From the NCBI GenBank assembly GCA_046861395.1, contig JBHHUC010000007.1:1-59177 (forward strand): a stretch of DNA of 59,177 bases, in the 5' to 3' direction. A program made the translations under genes and the position numbers. Positions 31,070 through 40,241 of this stretch are shown here, piece by piece (position 1 is the first letter of the stretch; the number at the start of each line of letters is the position of its first letter). The notes below the pieces were generated by a model. The model saw only the letters and a program-made list of their open reading frames with translations. It ran no database searches and had not been told where the DNA came from. Source of the stretch: Fidelibacterota bacterium (GTDB lineage: Bacteria; Fidelibacterota; Marinisomatia; Marinisomatales; JABMOV01).

Positions 31070-31879
31070 ATGAGACGGATTATCACGCCACTGCTTACCA
31101 TGGTGTTCTGGGCCTGCCCGGGGACGACAACGGATCCCATTCCGAATGATCCTTTGACGGAACAAACCTTTACCTTTTTACAGTCCACCAACCAATTATA
31201 TTTTGCCGTGACCGTGAAATCGCCGCTGGCCGGGGGACGAGTTGACTCCGTTTGGGTTGACTGGTACGGGAAAGATACAGCCAATGTCGCCGACCATTTC
31301 ATGTTAAATGATTCCGGTCTGGCCGGCGATATTATTATTGGCGACAATATCTGGTCCCGGAAAGTATTCAACCAACCGGGATCGCTTACCAACGTAATCG
31401 CTGCTACTGACAGCGGTGTCATATATCTCCGGTTTGGCGCCGATTTTGGAACCCAGGTCGCAACCGTGACCGACTCATTTTACCTGGGCAATTTAACTCC
31501 TAATATCGTATCGGTGACGGTTCCGGATACCATTATCCGTCCCACGTCGGGATATCAATTATACCTGATCACGTGTACGGTGCAGGATGCCAACGGGCTT
31601 GATGATATACGCTGGGTCGGTTTTCGCTCCTATAACACGGTCTTGGATTCCTTCATGAATAACGGGAATTATATTTATCTTTATGATGATGGAAGTCAGG
31701 ACACACTTTATTTACCGGATATTACGAGCGGCGACGTTACCGCCGGAGACGGAATATATTCATTCCGGGCTCTGGTGTCGTCGGGGTCGACGGCCGGTGT
31801 CTATGACTGGATTTTTGAGGCCCAAGATGCGGCCTATGCCTTCAGCGATACAGTGATCCGCCGGGTGGTGGTACAATGA
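31070..31879 (+). CDS. Hypothetical lipoprotein with two L.D.G..GD..AGDG.YS-type motifs
   Basis: MRRIITPLLTMVFWAC lipobox. LNDSGLAGDIIIGDNIWS and LYDDGS...GDVTAGDGIYS. Confidence 0.65.
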   Translation: MRRIITPLLTMVFWACPGTTTDPIPNDPLTEQTFTFLQSTNQLYFAVTVKSPLAGGRVDSVWVDWYGKDTANVADHFMLNDSGLAGDIIIGDNIWSRKVFNQPGSLTNVIAATDSGVIYLRFGADFGTQVATVTDSFYLGNLTPNIVSVTVPDTIIRPTSGYQLYLITCTVQDANGLDDIRWVGFRSYNTVLDSFMNNGNYIYLYDDGSQDTLYLPDITSGDVTAGDGIYSFRALVSSGSTAGVYDWIFEAQDAAYAFSDTVIRRVVVQ

Positions 31880-33453
31880 GACGGCTTACCCTGTTACTGG
31901 TACTGACTCTGGGTTTTAGTCAGACACCCCGGGAATTCCGGTTACAACATGATCGCAGGGCCACCAATGGCTTGTTAAGCAATATAGTTTCTGAAATCGT
32001 ACTTCAGGGTGATTCACTGGTTTGGCTGGGAACGGGGAAGGGGATTGCCCGCGTCCGAGATTCCCTTACCATTGAAAGTCTGGATACTCTCAGCGTTGGT
32101 CCCGACCGCGTTCCAATGACATTTGGCATATCTGCCATTACCGCCGACAGCAGTAATCTCTTTTTTGCTTCGGCCACAAATGATGGTGATGTTTCGGTGG
32201 GCGGCGGTATTTATTATTCCACCAATGCCCGGGATTCCCTGCCCACCTGGACATATTTTCCACAACCAGTGGATGGTGCCGGAGATAGCATTCCTCCCAT
32301 CGGGGCGTGGTTTTTCCGTGCTTTACCCGTTACAACCGACCATCAAAACGTTACTTATGACGCCAGCCTGTTCGGTCGTTATTTATGGATTGCCAGTTGG
32401 GCCGGTGGAATCCGGCGCTATGATCTGACCAGCAATTCCTGGGATCGGATTCCCCTGCCGGAAGATGGAGAACAAAAATTAATTACCTGTGCCGATTCAG
32501 CCTATGTATTGTCCGGTGGGAAAGAAATATTGAAGGAATTTTATCTCAATCCCAGGGATCCATCCGGTGGCGGGAACCATAATCATAAAGGATTTTCCGT
32601 ACTGGCCTATGGCGATACGATCTGGGTTGGTACGGCCAACGGTATCAATCGTGGTCTCATTGGCGCCGGCGGCTGCGTCGACTGGCAACACTATTTTTAT
32701 CCGACCAATAATATTACCGGAAATTTCGTGGTTGGTCTGGCGAAGCAGGACTGGAACGGCCGAAGACGGATTTGGGCGGCCTGTCTGAATGCCGATGATC
32801 CGACGGAGGAACGGGGTTTATCATGGACTGACAATGATGGGTTGACCTGGCACAGGACCCTGGTTGGCGAACGTATTTATAATGTAGTGACTCAGGATTC
32901 CATTATTCTGGCCGCTTCCGACCGGGGGTTGTGGAAATCGGAAGATGGCGAAACTTGGGCCTTGTTCCGTCCTGCCCGTGATGGGACACCCTTGCAATCG
33001 GATGAAATCCTGAGCGATGAAGTCTATGCTGCAGCCCTGGATGTGCGTCTCTATTATCCGACTCCCGTAATATGGATAGGAACCGGTGACGGATTGGCCC
33101 GGTCCCGTGATCTGGATGGTTCGGCCTGGAAAATTTTCCGAACGGAATACAATCCGAATCAGATCTATGCCTATCCCAATCCCTTTTCGCCCGATGTCCA
33201 TAATATTCAGGGCGACGATGGTTATGTGCGCATTCATACCGATGTCAAGACCTCTTTCGTGATTGATATGGATGTGTATAATTTTGCCATGGAACATGTG
33301 GTACGACGGAAATATGACCGTACCACCGGAGATGGAACCCTGAAGTGGAATGGCCGGGATGCTTCCGGCCGCCGAGTGGCCAACGGGACGTATTTTATCC
33401 GTCTGAAATACGACACGAAGACGGAATGGATTAAGTTAATCGTATTGAAATGA
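31876..33453 (+). CDS. Beta-propeller protein with FlgD-type CTD (PorZ-like architecture)
   Basis: Repeated W.GT..G blades and Asp-boxes (S.D.G.TW). C-terminal YAYPNPFSP...WNGRD..G..VANG.YF. Confidence 0.75.
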   Translation: MRRLTLLLVLTLGFSQTPREFRLQHDRRATNGLLSNIVSEIVLQGDSLVWLGTGKGIARVRDSLTIESLDTLSVGPDRVPMTFGISAITADSSNLFFASATNDGDVSVGGGIYYSTNARDSLPTWTYFPQPVDGAGDSIPPIGAWFFRALPVTTDHQNVTYDASLFGRYLWIASWAGGIRRYDLTSNSWDRIPLPEDGEQKLITCADSAYVLSGGKEILKEFYLNPRDPSGGGNHNHKGFSVLAYGDTIWVGTANGINRGLIGAGGCVDWQHYFYPTNNITGNFVVGLAKQDWNGRRRIWAACLNADDPTEERGLSWTDNDGLTWHRTLVGERIYNVVTQDSIILAASDRGLWKSEDGETWALFRPARDGTPLQSDEILSDEVYAAALDVRLYYPTPVIWIGTGDGLARSRDLDGSAWKIFRTEYNPNQIYAYPNPFSPDVHNIQGDDGYVRIHTDVKTSFVIDMDVYNFAMEHVVRRKYDRTTGDGTLKWNGRDASGRRVANGTYFIRLKYDTKTEWIKLIVLK

Positions 33454-34379
33454 ATAAAAATATTCTCATATTATTCCTGATCTCCGGCTTGCTGATGGCG
33501 GCTACGAATATCGCTGGTTATTCAGGCTCCTTCCTGCGCATGGGGACCACGGCTCGTTCCATGGCCATGGGGTCAGCCTTTACGGCCGTCATTGACGATG
33601 GTTTTGCCTCGTATCATAATCCGGCCGCCCCGGCTCTTTTTTCCCGTCCACAGGTATCCGTGATTCATCATGCCCTGCCCCTGGACCGGCAATTGACTGC
33701 CGTGGGATTTGGGACGAAACTTCCGCCGGCGGGCGGAGTCAGTCTGGCCCTGTTGCGCACTGCGACGACGGGGATTGATGGCCGAACCTCCTCGGGAGAA
33801 AAAACCGGAGTGCTAACGACCAGTGAAATGGCCCTTTTTATCGGGTTTGCCCAACAAATCAAACCATGGCTGGCGGTGGGTGCCAATCTCAAAATCATGT
33901 ATCATTATTTACCCCTGAATGCCGACAATCTTAAGGGAAATGGCAGTGGGTTTGACATTGGTATCCTGGTACGATTACCCAAGGATCGGCAAATCGGATT
34001 GGTGGTTCAGGATCTGAATTCCGGTTATCACTGGAACAGCGGAAATGTTTTCGCCGAAGGGGGGCCGTACAAAGATGTATTCCCCGCCAGTTATCGTTTG
34101 GGGATATCCACGCCGATAAAAATGTTCCGCGTGACGGCGGATGCCGGTGTTTACATGGATGGCGGCACTTATCTGGCACCCCTTGTCCGGGCCGGAGTGG
34201 AATATACCTATCGTGATCAATATTATATGCGGGCCGGGTTCGGCAATGGTCGGGTGGCCTTCGGAACGGGATTGAAATACCGTTTTCGACATCCAGATGA
34301 CAGTACCATTGATTATGCCATAGCCATCGATGCCACATCCGGAATCAATCATATATTAACATTCGGGTTTTCTTTTTGA
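33450..34379 (+). CDS. PorV/PorQ-family outer-membrane barrel
   Basis: FLRMG..ARSMAMG.A..A......YHNPA motif. C-terminal FGFSF. Confidence 0.85.
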   Translation: MNKNILILFLISGLLMAATNIAGYSGSFLRMGTTARSMAMGSAFTAVIDDGFASYHNPAAPALFSRPQVSVIHHALPLDRQLTAVGFGTKLPPAGGVSLALLRTATTGIDGRTSSGEKTGVLTTSEMALFIGFAQQIKPWLAVGANLKIMYHYLPLNADNLKGNGSGFDIGILVRLPKDRQIGLVVQDLNSGYHWNSGNVFAEGGPYKDVFPASYRLGISTPIKMFRVTADAGVYMDGGTYLAPLVRAGVEYTYRDQYYMRAGFGNGRVAFGTGLKYRFRHPDDSTIDYAIAIDATSGINHILTFGFSF

Positions 34380-35242
34380 ATACCCGGATTTCATTTATTC
34401 TTATCATCCTGGTTTCGAGTCTGTTTGCCATTGGATCCGGATTTCTTGCCATTCCGACCACCGCGGAGAATCTAGCTGTGGGTGCCCAGCCAACGTTTTC
34501 ATCATCAGTGCCGGTAAATCCGGCCGGGTTGATGCACCGTATGCAACCGCAACTGCAACTAAGTCATGGTACCTGGCTGGCAGGCACGCAGTCCACCACG
34601 ATTTTTTATACCACCGATCGCCTTGGGGGAACCTTCGGCGTTACCGGCCGCTATGTGGCGTTGCAGGGACTGGAATACCGGACCGACATTCCCACCGATG
34701 ATCCGCTGGCGACCTTTGACAGCTACGGGGCCTTTCTGCAGGCCCAATATGCCCGGTCCCGTAACAATATTCGCTGGGGCATTGGTGTGAAAGCGGTCAA
34801 TATGTATATCTCTGCTTTTCATACCCGGGGACTGGCTCTGGATGTCGGCCTGATTCAATCTTTGGGAAAGGAATTGAAAGTCGGAATATCCCTGTTGAAC
34901 CTGGGAACCTTTTCGTCGTGGGAGGGACGCCAGGCCCGATTTCCCCGCCGGCTTTCTGTCGGGGTGGAGAAATCCTGGGAAGCATCCCTGTTTCGTCCCG
35001 TGCTGTTGGCTAGCCTGGAATCCACGACCCAGACAAAAGGTATCATCGCCCGCCTGGGGGGACAGGTGCAATGGAAACAGTTAATTCTGAATCTGGGGTA
35101 CGAACACAGTGATGGTGTTCAGTCCCTGTCATCGGGTCTTGGCATTCGCACCGGTCGTTATGCGATCCAGTACGGTTTTCGGTTCGGGTCACAGGATCTT
35201 ACCATGCCGCAGGTCCTTGATATTGCCATAACCCTGCCCTGA
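34376..35242 (+). CDS. Divergent PorV/PorQ-family barrel
   Basis: FLAIPTTA..LAVG, NPAGL, H..WL, A.DVG, S.LNLG motifs. Confidence 0.75.
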   Translation: MNTRISFILIILVSSLFAIGSGFLAIPTTAENLAVGAQPTFSSSVPVNPAGLMHRMQPQLQLSHGTWLAGTQSTTIFYTTDRLGGTFGVTGRYVALQGLEYRTDIPTDDPLATFDSYGAFLQAQYARSRNNIRWGIGVKAVNMYISAFHTRGLALDVGLIQSLGKELKVGISLLNLGTFSSWEGRQARFPRRLSVGVEKSWEASLFRPVLLASLESTTQTKGIIARLGGQVQWKQLILNLGYEHSDGVQSLSSGLGIRTGRYAIQYGFRFGSQDLTMPQVLDIAITLP

Positions 35243-36060
35243 TGACGTATAAAAAGAAATTTTATTATTCCATTGCGCTGAACGTCGTTCTGCTAGCGGC
35301 CTTTCTGACAGTCATCGTCATGGTATTTCGTCCCGAAAAGGGGCCTGACAAATCGCCGCCCCTTCCGCCGCAGGAAACGGATGTCCTGCCCGCCGCCCGC
35401 GGAATTATCGTCTTAATTATCGATGACTTCGGCTATCGGAATGATGAAATATCGGATGGTTTTCTGGCGCTGGACGTTCCTCTGACCTGTGCCATCATTC
35501 CGGGACATAGAAACAGCGCCGTTTTTGCGGAAACAGCGGTAGGAAAAGGGAAGGAAGTCATTATTCATATGCCCATGGAATCCTATGCCCGGCGGGGTGG
35601 TGAGGATCAATTTGTATTGAAAACCACCCATACCAGTACGGAACTGGAACACCGGATCAGGAAAGCGTTTGATCTCATCCCCCAGGCTGTGGGAATGAAT
35701 AATCACCAGGGGTCAAAAGCGACGGAGGATGTCCGGGTCATGCGGGTCCTGGGACTGACTCTGAAGCACCTGGGGAAATATTTCATCGATAGCCGGACAA
35801 CGGCCAAGACGGTGGGGGAATCCACCATGACCCGGCTGGGCGTCAAAACCCGGCGTCGGAATGTATTTCTGGACAATGAATTCGATCCGGCTCTGATTCG
35901 GGAACAATTGAAGGAATTGGCGGAAAAAGCGGAAGAATGGGGAACGGCGGTAGGGATCGGTCATGCCAAGCGGACTACGCTGGAAGTCTTGCAGGAAGAG
36001 ATCCCCAATTTGGTGGCTCAGGGCTATCAATTCCAATTCGCCTCGCAGGCGGTACGATAG
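35242..36060 (+). CDS. Divergent polysaccharide deacetylase (YibQ-like)
   Basis: IIDDFG, HMPME, GMNNHQGS, FIDSRT, RNVFLDN, IGH. Confidence 0.95.
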   Translation: MTYKKKFYYSIALNVVLLAAFLTVIVMVFRPEKGPDKSPPLPPQETDVLPAARGIIVLIIDDFGYRNDEISDGFLALDVPLTCAIIPGHRNSAVFAETAVGKGKEVIIHMPMESYARRGGEDQFVLKTTHTSTELEHRIRKAFDLIPQAVGMNNHQGSKATEDVRVMRVLGLTLKHLGKYFIDSRTTAKTVGESTMTRLGVKTRRRNVFLDNEFDPALIREQLKELAEKAEEWGTAVGIGHAKRTTLEVLQEEIPNLVAQGYQFQFASQAVR

Positions 36061-36263
36061 ATTCGATTATTTTACAGCTTCCGGGTTAGTCTGATTCTCA
36101 TTCCACGTATAGTGGGGAAAACCAAAAATTCCGGAACAATGTGATCGGGGTAACGGCGTTGATTTTCGCTGCGAATTTCTGCTGTGTTTCCTCGATTTTA
36201 TGACCGCTTCCCCGGTGATTTTATCCTATATTTAACCCTGCGATAACAACACGGATTTTATAA

Positions 36264-37976
36264 ATGAAGAACCGAATTATTCTATTCCTTTTCCTGTCAT
36301 TCTCCTGGGCTTCCACGCACCGGATTATGGCTTATAATGTCCTGAACTTCAGCGGAGGTGACGCTGCCAAGGAAAGTGCGCTGCGGATTGTAATTGACAA
36401 TGCCGCCCCGGACATTATCATAACGGAAGAAATCCAGAATCAGGCCGGATATAACGCCTTCCTGGCCAATGTTCTGAATAATGATCAGGGCACCACCTGG
36501 GCCGGGGCACCCTTTACCGATCAAAACCAGACCAATGTGGATATCGCCCTGTTCTATAAACCGGAATTTTTTACCTTCATCAGCACTTCCCGCATTAACA
36601 CAACGTCAACCTACGGTCGGCGGGATGTGATTGAATTCGTCATGCAGCACAATGCCTCGGGACTGATTTTTCGTCTGTACGGCGCCCACCTGAAGGCAGG
36701 ATCAACCACATCCGATGAGAATGAACGAACCGCGGAAGCCACGGAATTGCGCAATTATCTGAATACGCTAGACCCTGAAACACCTTTCCTTCTCGGGGGT
36801 GATTTCAATGTGTACGACAATGCTGAAGGCGGATTTCAGGCCCTGATTGAGTCTCAGAGTGATAATGATGGTCAATGTTTCGACCCGGTCAATCGGATTG
36901 GGGTCTGGCATAATAATTCATCCTATTCCGATGTGCATACCCAGTCATCCCGGGGCGGTAATTATGGCGGCATGGATGATCGATTTGACTGGTTATTCGC
37001 GTCGGCCAGCATTCTCAGCGATACGGATATTAATTATGTGCCGGGTTCATACCAGGCTTATGGGAATGACGGAAATCATTTCAATATGGCCATTAACGAT
37101 GGTTCTAATGCCGCCGTTTCAGCAACAGTCGCAAATGCATTATATGATGCTTCCGATCATATTCCGGTTATACTGGATCTGGAATTCGATGATATTGTCT
37201 ATGCCACAATCCCCATCGTCATTTCGGAAGTCATGGCTAATCCCAGCCGGGTCAGTGATTCCTACGGGGAATGGATCGAATTATATAATAATGATACGGT
37301 GGCCTGGGATTTACAGGACTGGGTCATTCGCGACCTGGGCAGTGATTATCACCAGATTTCCACCAGTCTGGTCATTCAGCCCGGTGATTATGTTGTCATT
37401 GGGCGCAATGGTGACGGAGCCTTGAATGGTGGTGTACCAGTGGATTATGTAGCCAACAGTTTCGTTTTATCCAATACGGAGGATGAAATCATTTTACTGG
37501 ATTCGGTCGGTCGTTATGTGGATGAAATCGACTATACATCGTCCTTTCCCTATGAAAATGGTGCTTCGATGCATATCCGGGAATTTGCCCTTGATAATAA
37601 CGATCCGTCATCCTGGTACACGTCACAGGAGCCCTACGGGGCCGGCGATCTGGGAACGCCGGGCCGGGCCTGGAATCAACCTTTGACCATCAGTCCCGCT
37701 GTCATGTTACCGGCCCGCTTCCAACTGGCGAATCCCTATCCAAACCCCTTCAATCCCCGGGTCACCATTCCTGTAGATATCACTGAGGCAAATGCCTACC
37801 GCCTGTCCCTCTGGAACCTCCAGGGACAAGAAGTGGCAATGGTATATCACGGATTCCTGAATCCTGATTCCTACCTTTTTTCCTGGCATCCCATCAACCA
37901 GGGGGCCGGTGTGTATTTTCTGGTCCTGAAAAGCGGTAGCAGGTCGCAGACGAAAAAAATAATATATTTAAAATGA
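36264..37976 (+). CDS. Secreted endonuclease/exonuclease/phosphatase (DNase I-like) with lamin-tail domain and T9SS CTD
   Basis: YNVLN, EE, HLKAG, GDFN, DDRFD and SDH catalytic set. ISEVMANP..EWIELYN...GTPG lamin-tail domain. YPNPFNP...KIIYLK. Confidence 0.9.
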   Translation: MKNRIILFLFLSFSWASTHRIMAYNVLNFSGGDAAKESALRIVIDNAAPDIIITEEIQNQAGYNAFLANVLNNDQGTTWAGAPFTDQNQTNVDIALFYKPEFFTFISTSRINTTSTYGRRDVIEFVMQHNASGLIFRLYGAHLKAGSTTSDENERTAEATELRNYLNTLDPETPFLLGGDFNVYDNAEGGFQALIESQSDNDGQCFDPVNRIGVWHNNSSYSDVHTQSSRGGNYGGMDDRFDWLFASASILSDTDINYVPGSYQAYGNDGNHFNMAINDGSNAAVSATVANALYDASDHIPVILDLEFDDIVYATIPIVISEVMANPSRVSDSYGEWIELYNNDTVAWDLQDWVIRDLGSDYHQISTSLVIQPGDYVVIGRNGDGALNGGVPVDYVANSFVLSNTEDEIILLDSVGRYVDEIDYTSSFPYENGASMHIREFALDNNDPSSWYTSQEPYGAGDLGTPGRAWNQPLTISPAVMLPARFQLANPYPNPFNPRVTIPVDITEANAYRLSLWNLQGQEVAMVYHGFLNPDSYLFSWHPINQGAGVYFLVLKSGSRSQTKKIIYLK

Positions 37977-38071
37977 TAGTGATTTCACGGTTTTATCCTC
38001 AAACAACGACTCGTAACTTGGACCTCGCCAACTGTATAAAATAATGATCAGATGGAGACATTAATCAATCC

Positions 38072-40231
38072 GTGATGCTTCGTACCCTGACCTTCAATAT
38101 GGCTCTGTTTACCCTCGTGGGGATGGCTTTTGGCCAACTTAACGATACACATCCTTTTTCCCGCCACCCCAAATTAGCTTTCAGTGATGTCTATGATAAA
38201 TATACTTCCGTGGGACAGCTAGGATTGACGGTGACGAATTTTGGTGTTTTAGGGAATGGCTGGAATAAAATTAACGGACGCATCCAACCGTCGTGCGCAT
38301 ACCGTCAACATTCTGAAATTCTGCGGGAAAATATTGAACATTTTTCCTTCGCTGGAATGTGGGTCGGAGGACTGGTTCACGGAGAAAAACGGGTTTCCAC
38401 GGCTATTGTTGACGGTGTATTTGAGTCCGGAGTGGAAGGATTCGAATTTTTTGCCAATTCCGATCTCACAATCCGTTCCTCCATATCCTCCACATCACAG
38501 GATTCCATGGCGCAGTATTATTCCCCTTTCGCCCAATCTCATCAGGATTTTTTATTGAAATTCAAAGATTACGGTGCCGCTCCTGATGATGCTGTGGGAA
38601 TTCCCAATCATATCCCACTGGGAATCGATATTCAACTGACGTCCTATGCCTGGAATTTCTCCTTTGCCGATGCCTTTGTTATATTAAACTACACCATTGT
38701 GAACTCATCCCCGGATACCATCAAGGATATTTATACCGGGATCTGGGCCGATGTTTCCGTAGCCAATATGAACTATACCAGCATTTATATTCCCGGTGGA
38801 GGTTTCACTTGGTCGGACAACCTGGATGGCTTTGATGTATCCCTTGATGAAGCCGGTTATCCCCGGGATATCGGCTATCAATACGATGCCGACGGTGATG
38901 ATGGCTGGGCCGAGTCCTACATCGGGATTTCACCACTGGGGGGGGCCGTGCCGCGGAAATATTTACAGTCCCATTACCAACAGTGGGTGTGGACCAATTC
39001 CAACAATACTGACTATCCATTTTATTCCATGCCCCTAACGGATTTTGAACGTTATGATAAAATGACATCCAATGTACCCAAGGGGTTGCCTGACGATCCT
39101 CTGTACTCCAATGGGTACCCCAACCGACCTGACAGCTGGTTGATGCTGGTGTCCATCGGTCCCTTGGGGTCGGTTCCCATTGCCCCCGATTCGTCATCCT
39201 GGGCTCTTCCGCCCGGTGATACATGTACGGCTGCTTTTACGATCGTGGCCGGATTATGGGCCTCAGCCACAGATAATTCGGCGGCCCGGCGGGAGAATCT
39301 TCATATCAATAAGGACTGGGCGCAAAAGGCCTACGATGGTGAGGATAAAAACCGGAACAATCAACTGGACGAGGGGGAAGATATCAATCTGAACGGCCGA
39401 TTAGATCGATACATTCTGCCTGAACCGCCACCCGTACCCAATATGACACTCAAGGTAGACGATCAATCCGTCATTATTTACTGGCAGAACAATGCCGAAT
39501 CATTCATTGATCCCATCAGTCATGAAAAAGATTTTGAAGGCTATCGTGTATATGGAGCCCGGAAAACCGATAACGGATTGGAAGATGAATTTTCTCTGTT
39601 GGGAGAATTTGATGTTGCGGGAAATGACATCGGGTATAATAGTGGACTTTCCCCCATCCAGATTACCAATGACGAAGGAGAGCCGGATAGTGTATTCATC
39701 GACGGTCGCTATTATCAGTATAAATTTGAGAATGTTGGTGTGAAAAACGGCTGGTTAAATTATTTTACCGTAACAGCATTCGACCGAGGTGATCCGGCGT
39801 CCAATCTGGCCAGTCTGGAAAGTACCATTTATTCCAACCGGAAATATGTTTATCCCGGTGTACGGGCGGATTCATCCTGGAGTGGTTCACCCAGCGTCTA
39901 TCCCAATCCTTACCGGGGACAGGCGGCCTGGGACGGCTACAGTAACCGTGAACAGATGATCTGGTTTCAGAATTTACCGACCCAGGCTGAAATTCGTATT
40001 TTCACCCTGGCTGGAGATTTGGTTAAAACGATAAAACATGATGCAACCTACCAGGGGGGAGATATTCGCAATATTGATCACACCAAACATCCCGTTCTTA
40101 GCGGTGGTGAACATGCCTGGGATCTGATTTCCGAATATGACCAGGCCATTGCTTCCGGGCTATATTTATTTACTGTTGAAAACTTGGAGTCTCACGAAAT
40201 AAAGGAAGGAAAATTCCTTATCATAAAGTAA
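38072..40231 (+). CDS. Secreted hypothetical protein with FN3-like region and variant CTD (TonB-receptor-associated type)
   Basis: Signal peptide. VTNFG, W.GG...VST, DFEGYRVY, YF.VTAFD, VYPNPY...IWF.NLP...IRIFTLAGDLV...ASGLY...GKFLIIK. Dx(D/N)x(D/N) loops. Confidence 0.8.
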   Translation: MMLRTLTFNMALFTLVGMAFGQLNDTHPFSRHPKLAFSDVYDKYTSVGQLGLTVTNFGVLGNGWNKINGRIQPSCAYRQHSEILRENIEHFSFAGMWVGGLVHGEKRVSTAIVDGVFESGVEGFEFFANSDLTIRSSISSTSQDSMAQYYSPFAQSHQDFLLKFKDYGAAPDDAVGIPNHIPLGIDIQLTSYAWNFSFADAFVILNYTIVNSSPDTIKDIYTGIWADVSVANMNYTSIYIPGGGFTWSDNLDGFDVSLDEAGYPRDIGYQYDADGDDGWAESYIGISPLGGAVPRKYLQSHYQQWVWTNSNNTDYPFYSMPLTDFERYDKMTSNVPKGLPDDPLYSNGYPNRPDSWLMLVSIGPLGSVPIAPDSSSWALPPGDTCTAAFTIVAGLWASATDNSAARRENLHINKDWAQKAYDGEDKNRNNQLDEGEDINLNGRLDRYILPEPPPVPNMTLKVDDQSVIIYWQNNAESFIDPISHEKDFEGYRVYGARKTDNGLEDEFSLLGEFDVAGNDIGYNSGLSPIQITNDEGEPDSVFIDGRYYQYKFENVGVKNGWLNYFTVTAFDRGDPASNLASLESTIYSNRKYVYPGVRADSSWSGSPSVYPNPYRGQAAWDGYSNREQMIWFQNLPTQAEIRIFTLAGDLVKTIKHDATYQGGDIRNIDHTKHPVLSGGEHAWDLISEYDQAIASGLYLFTVENLESHEIKEGKFLIIK

Positions 40232-40241
40232 AGGAGATAAG

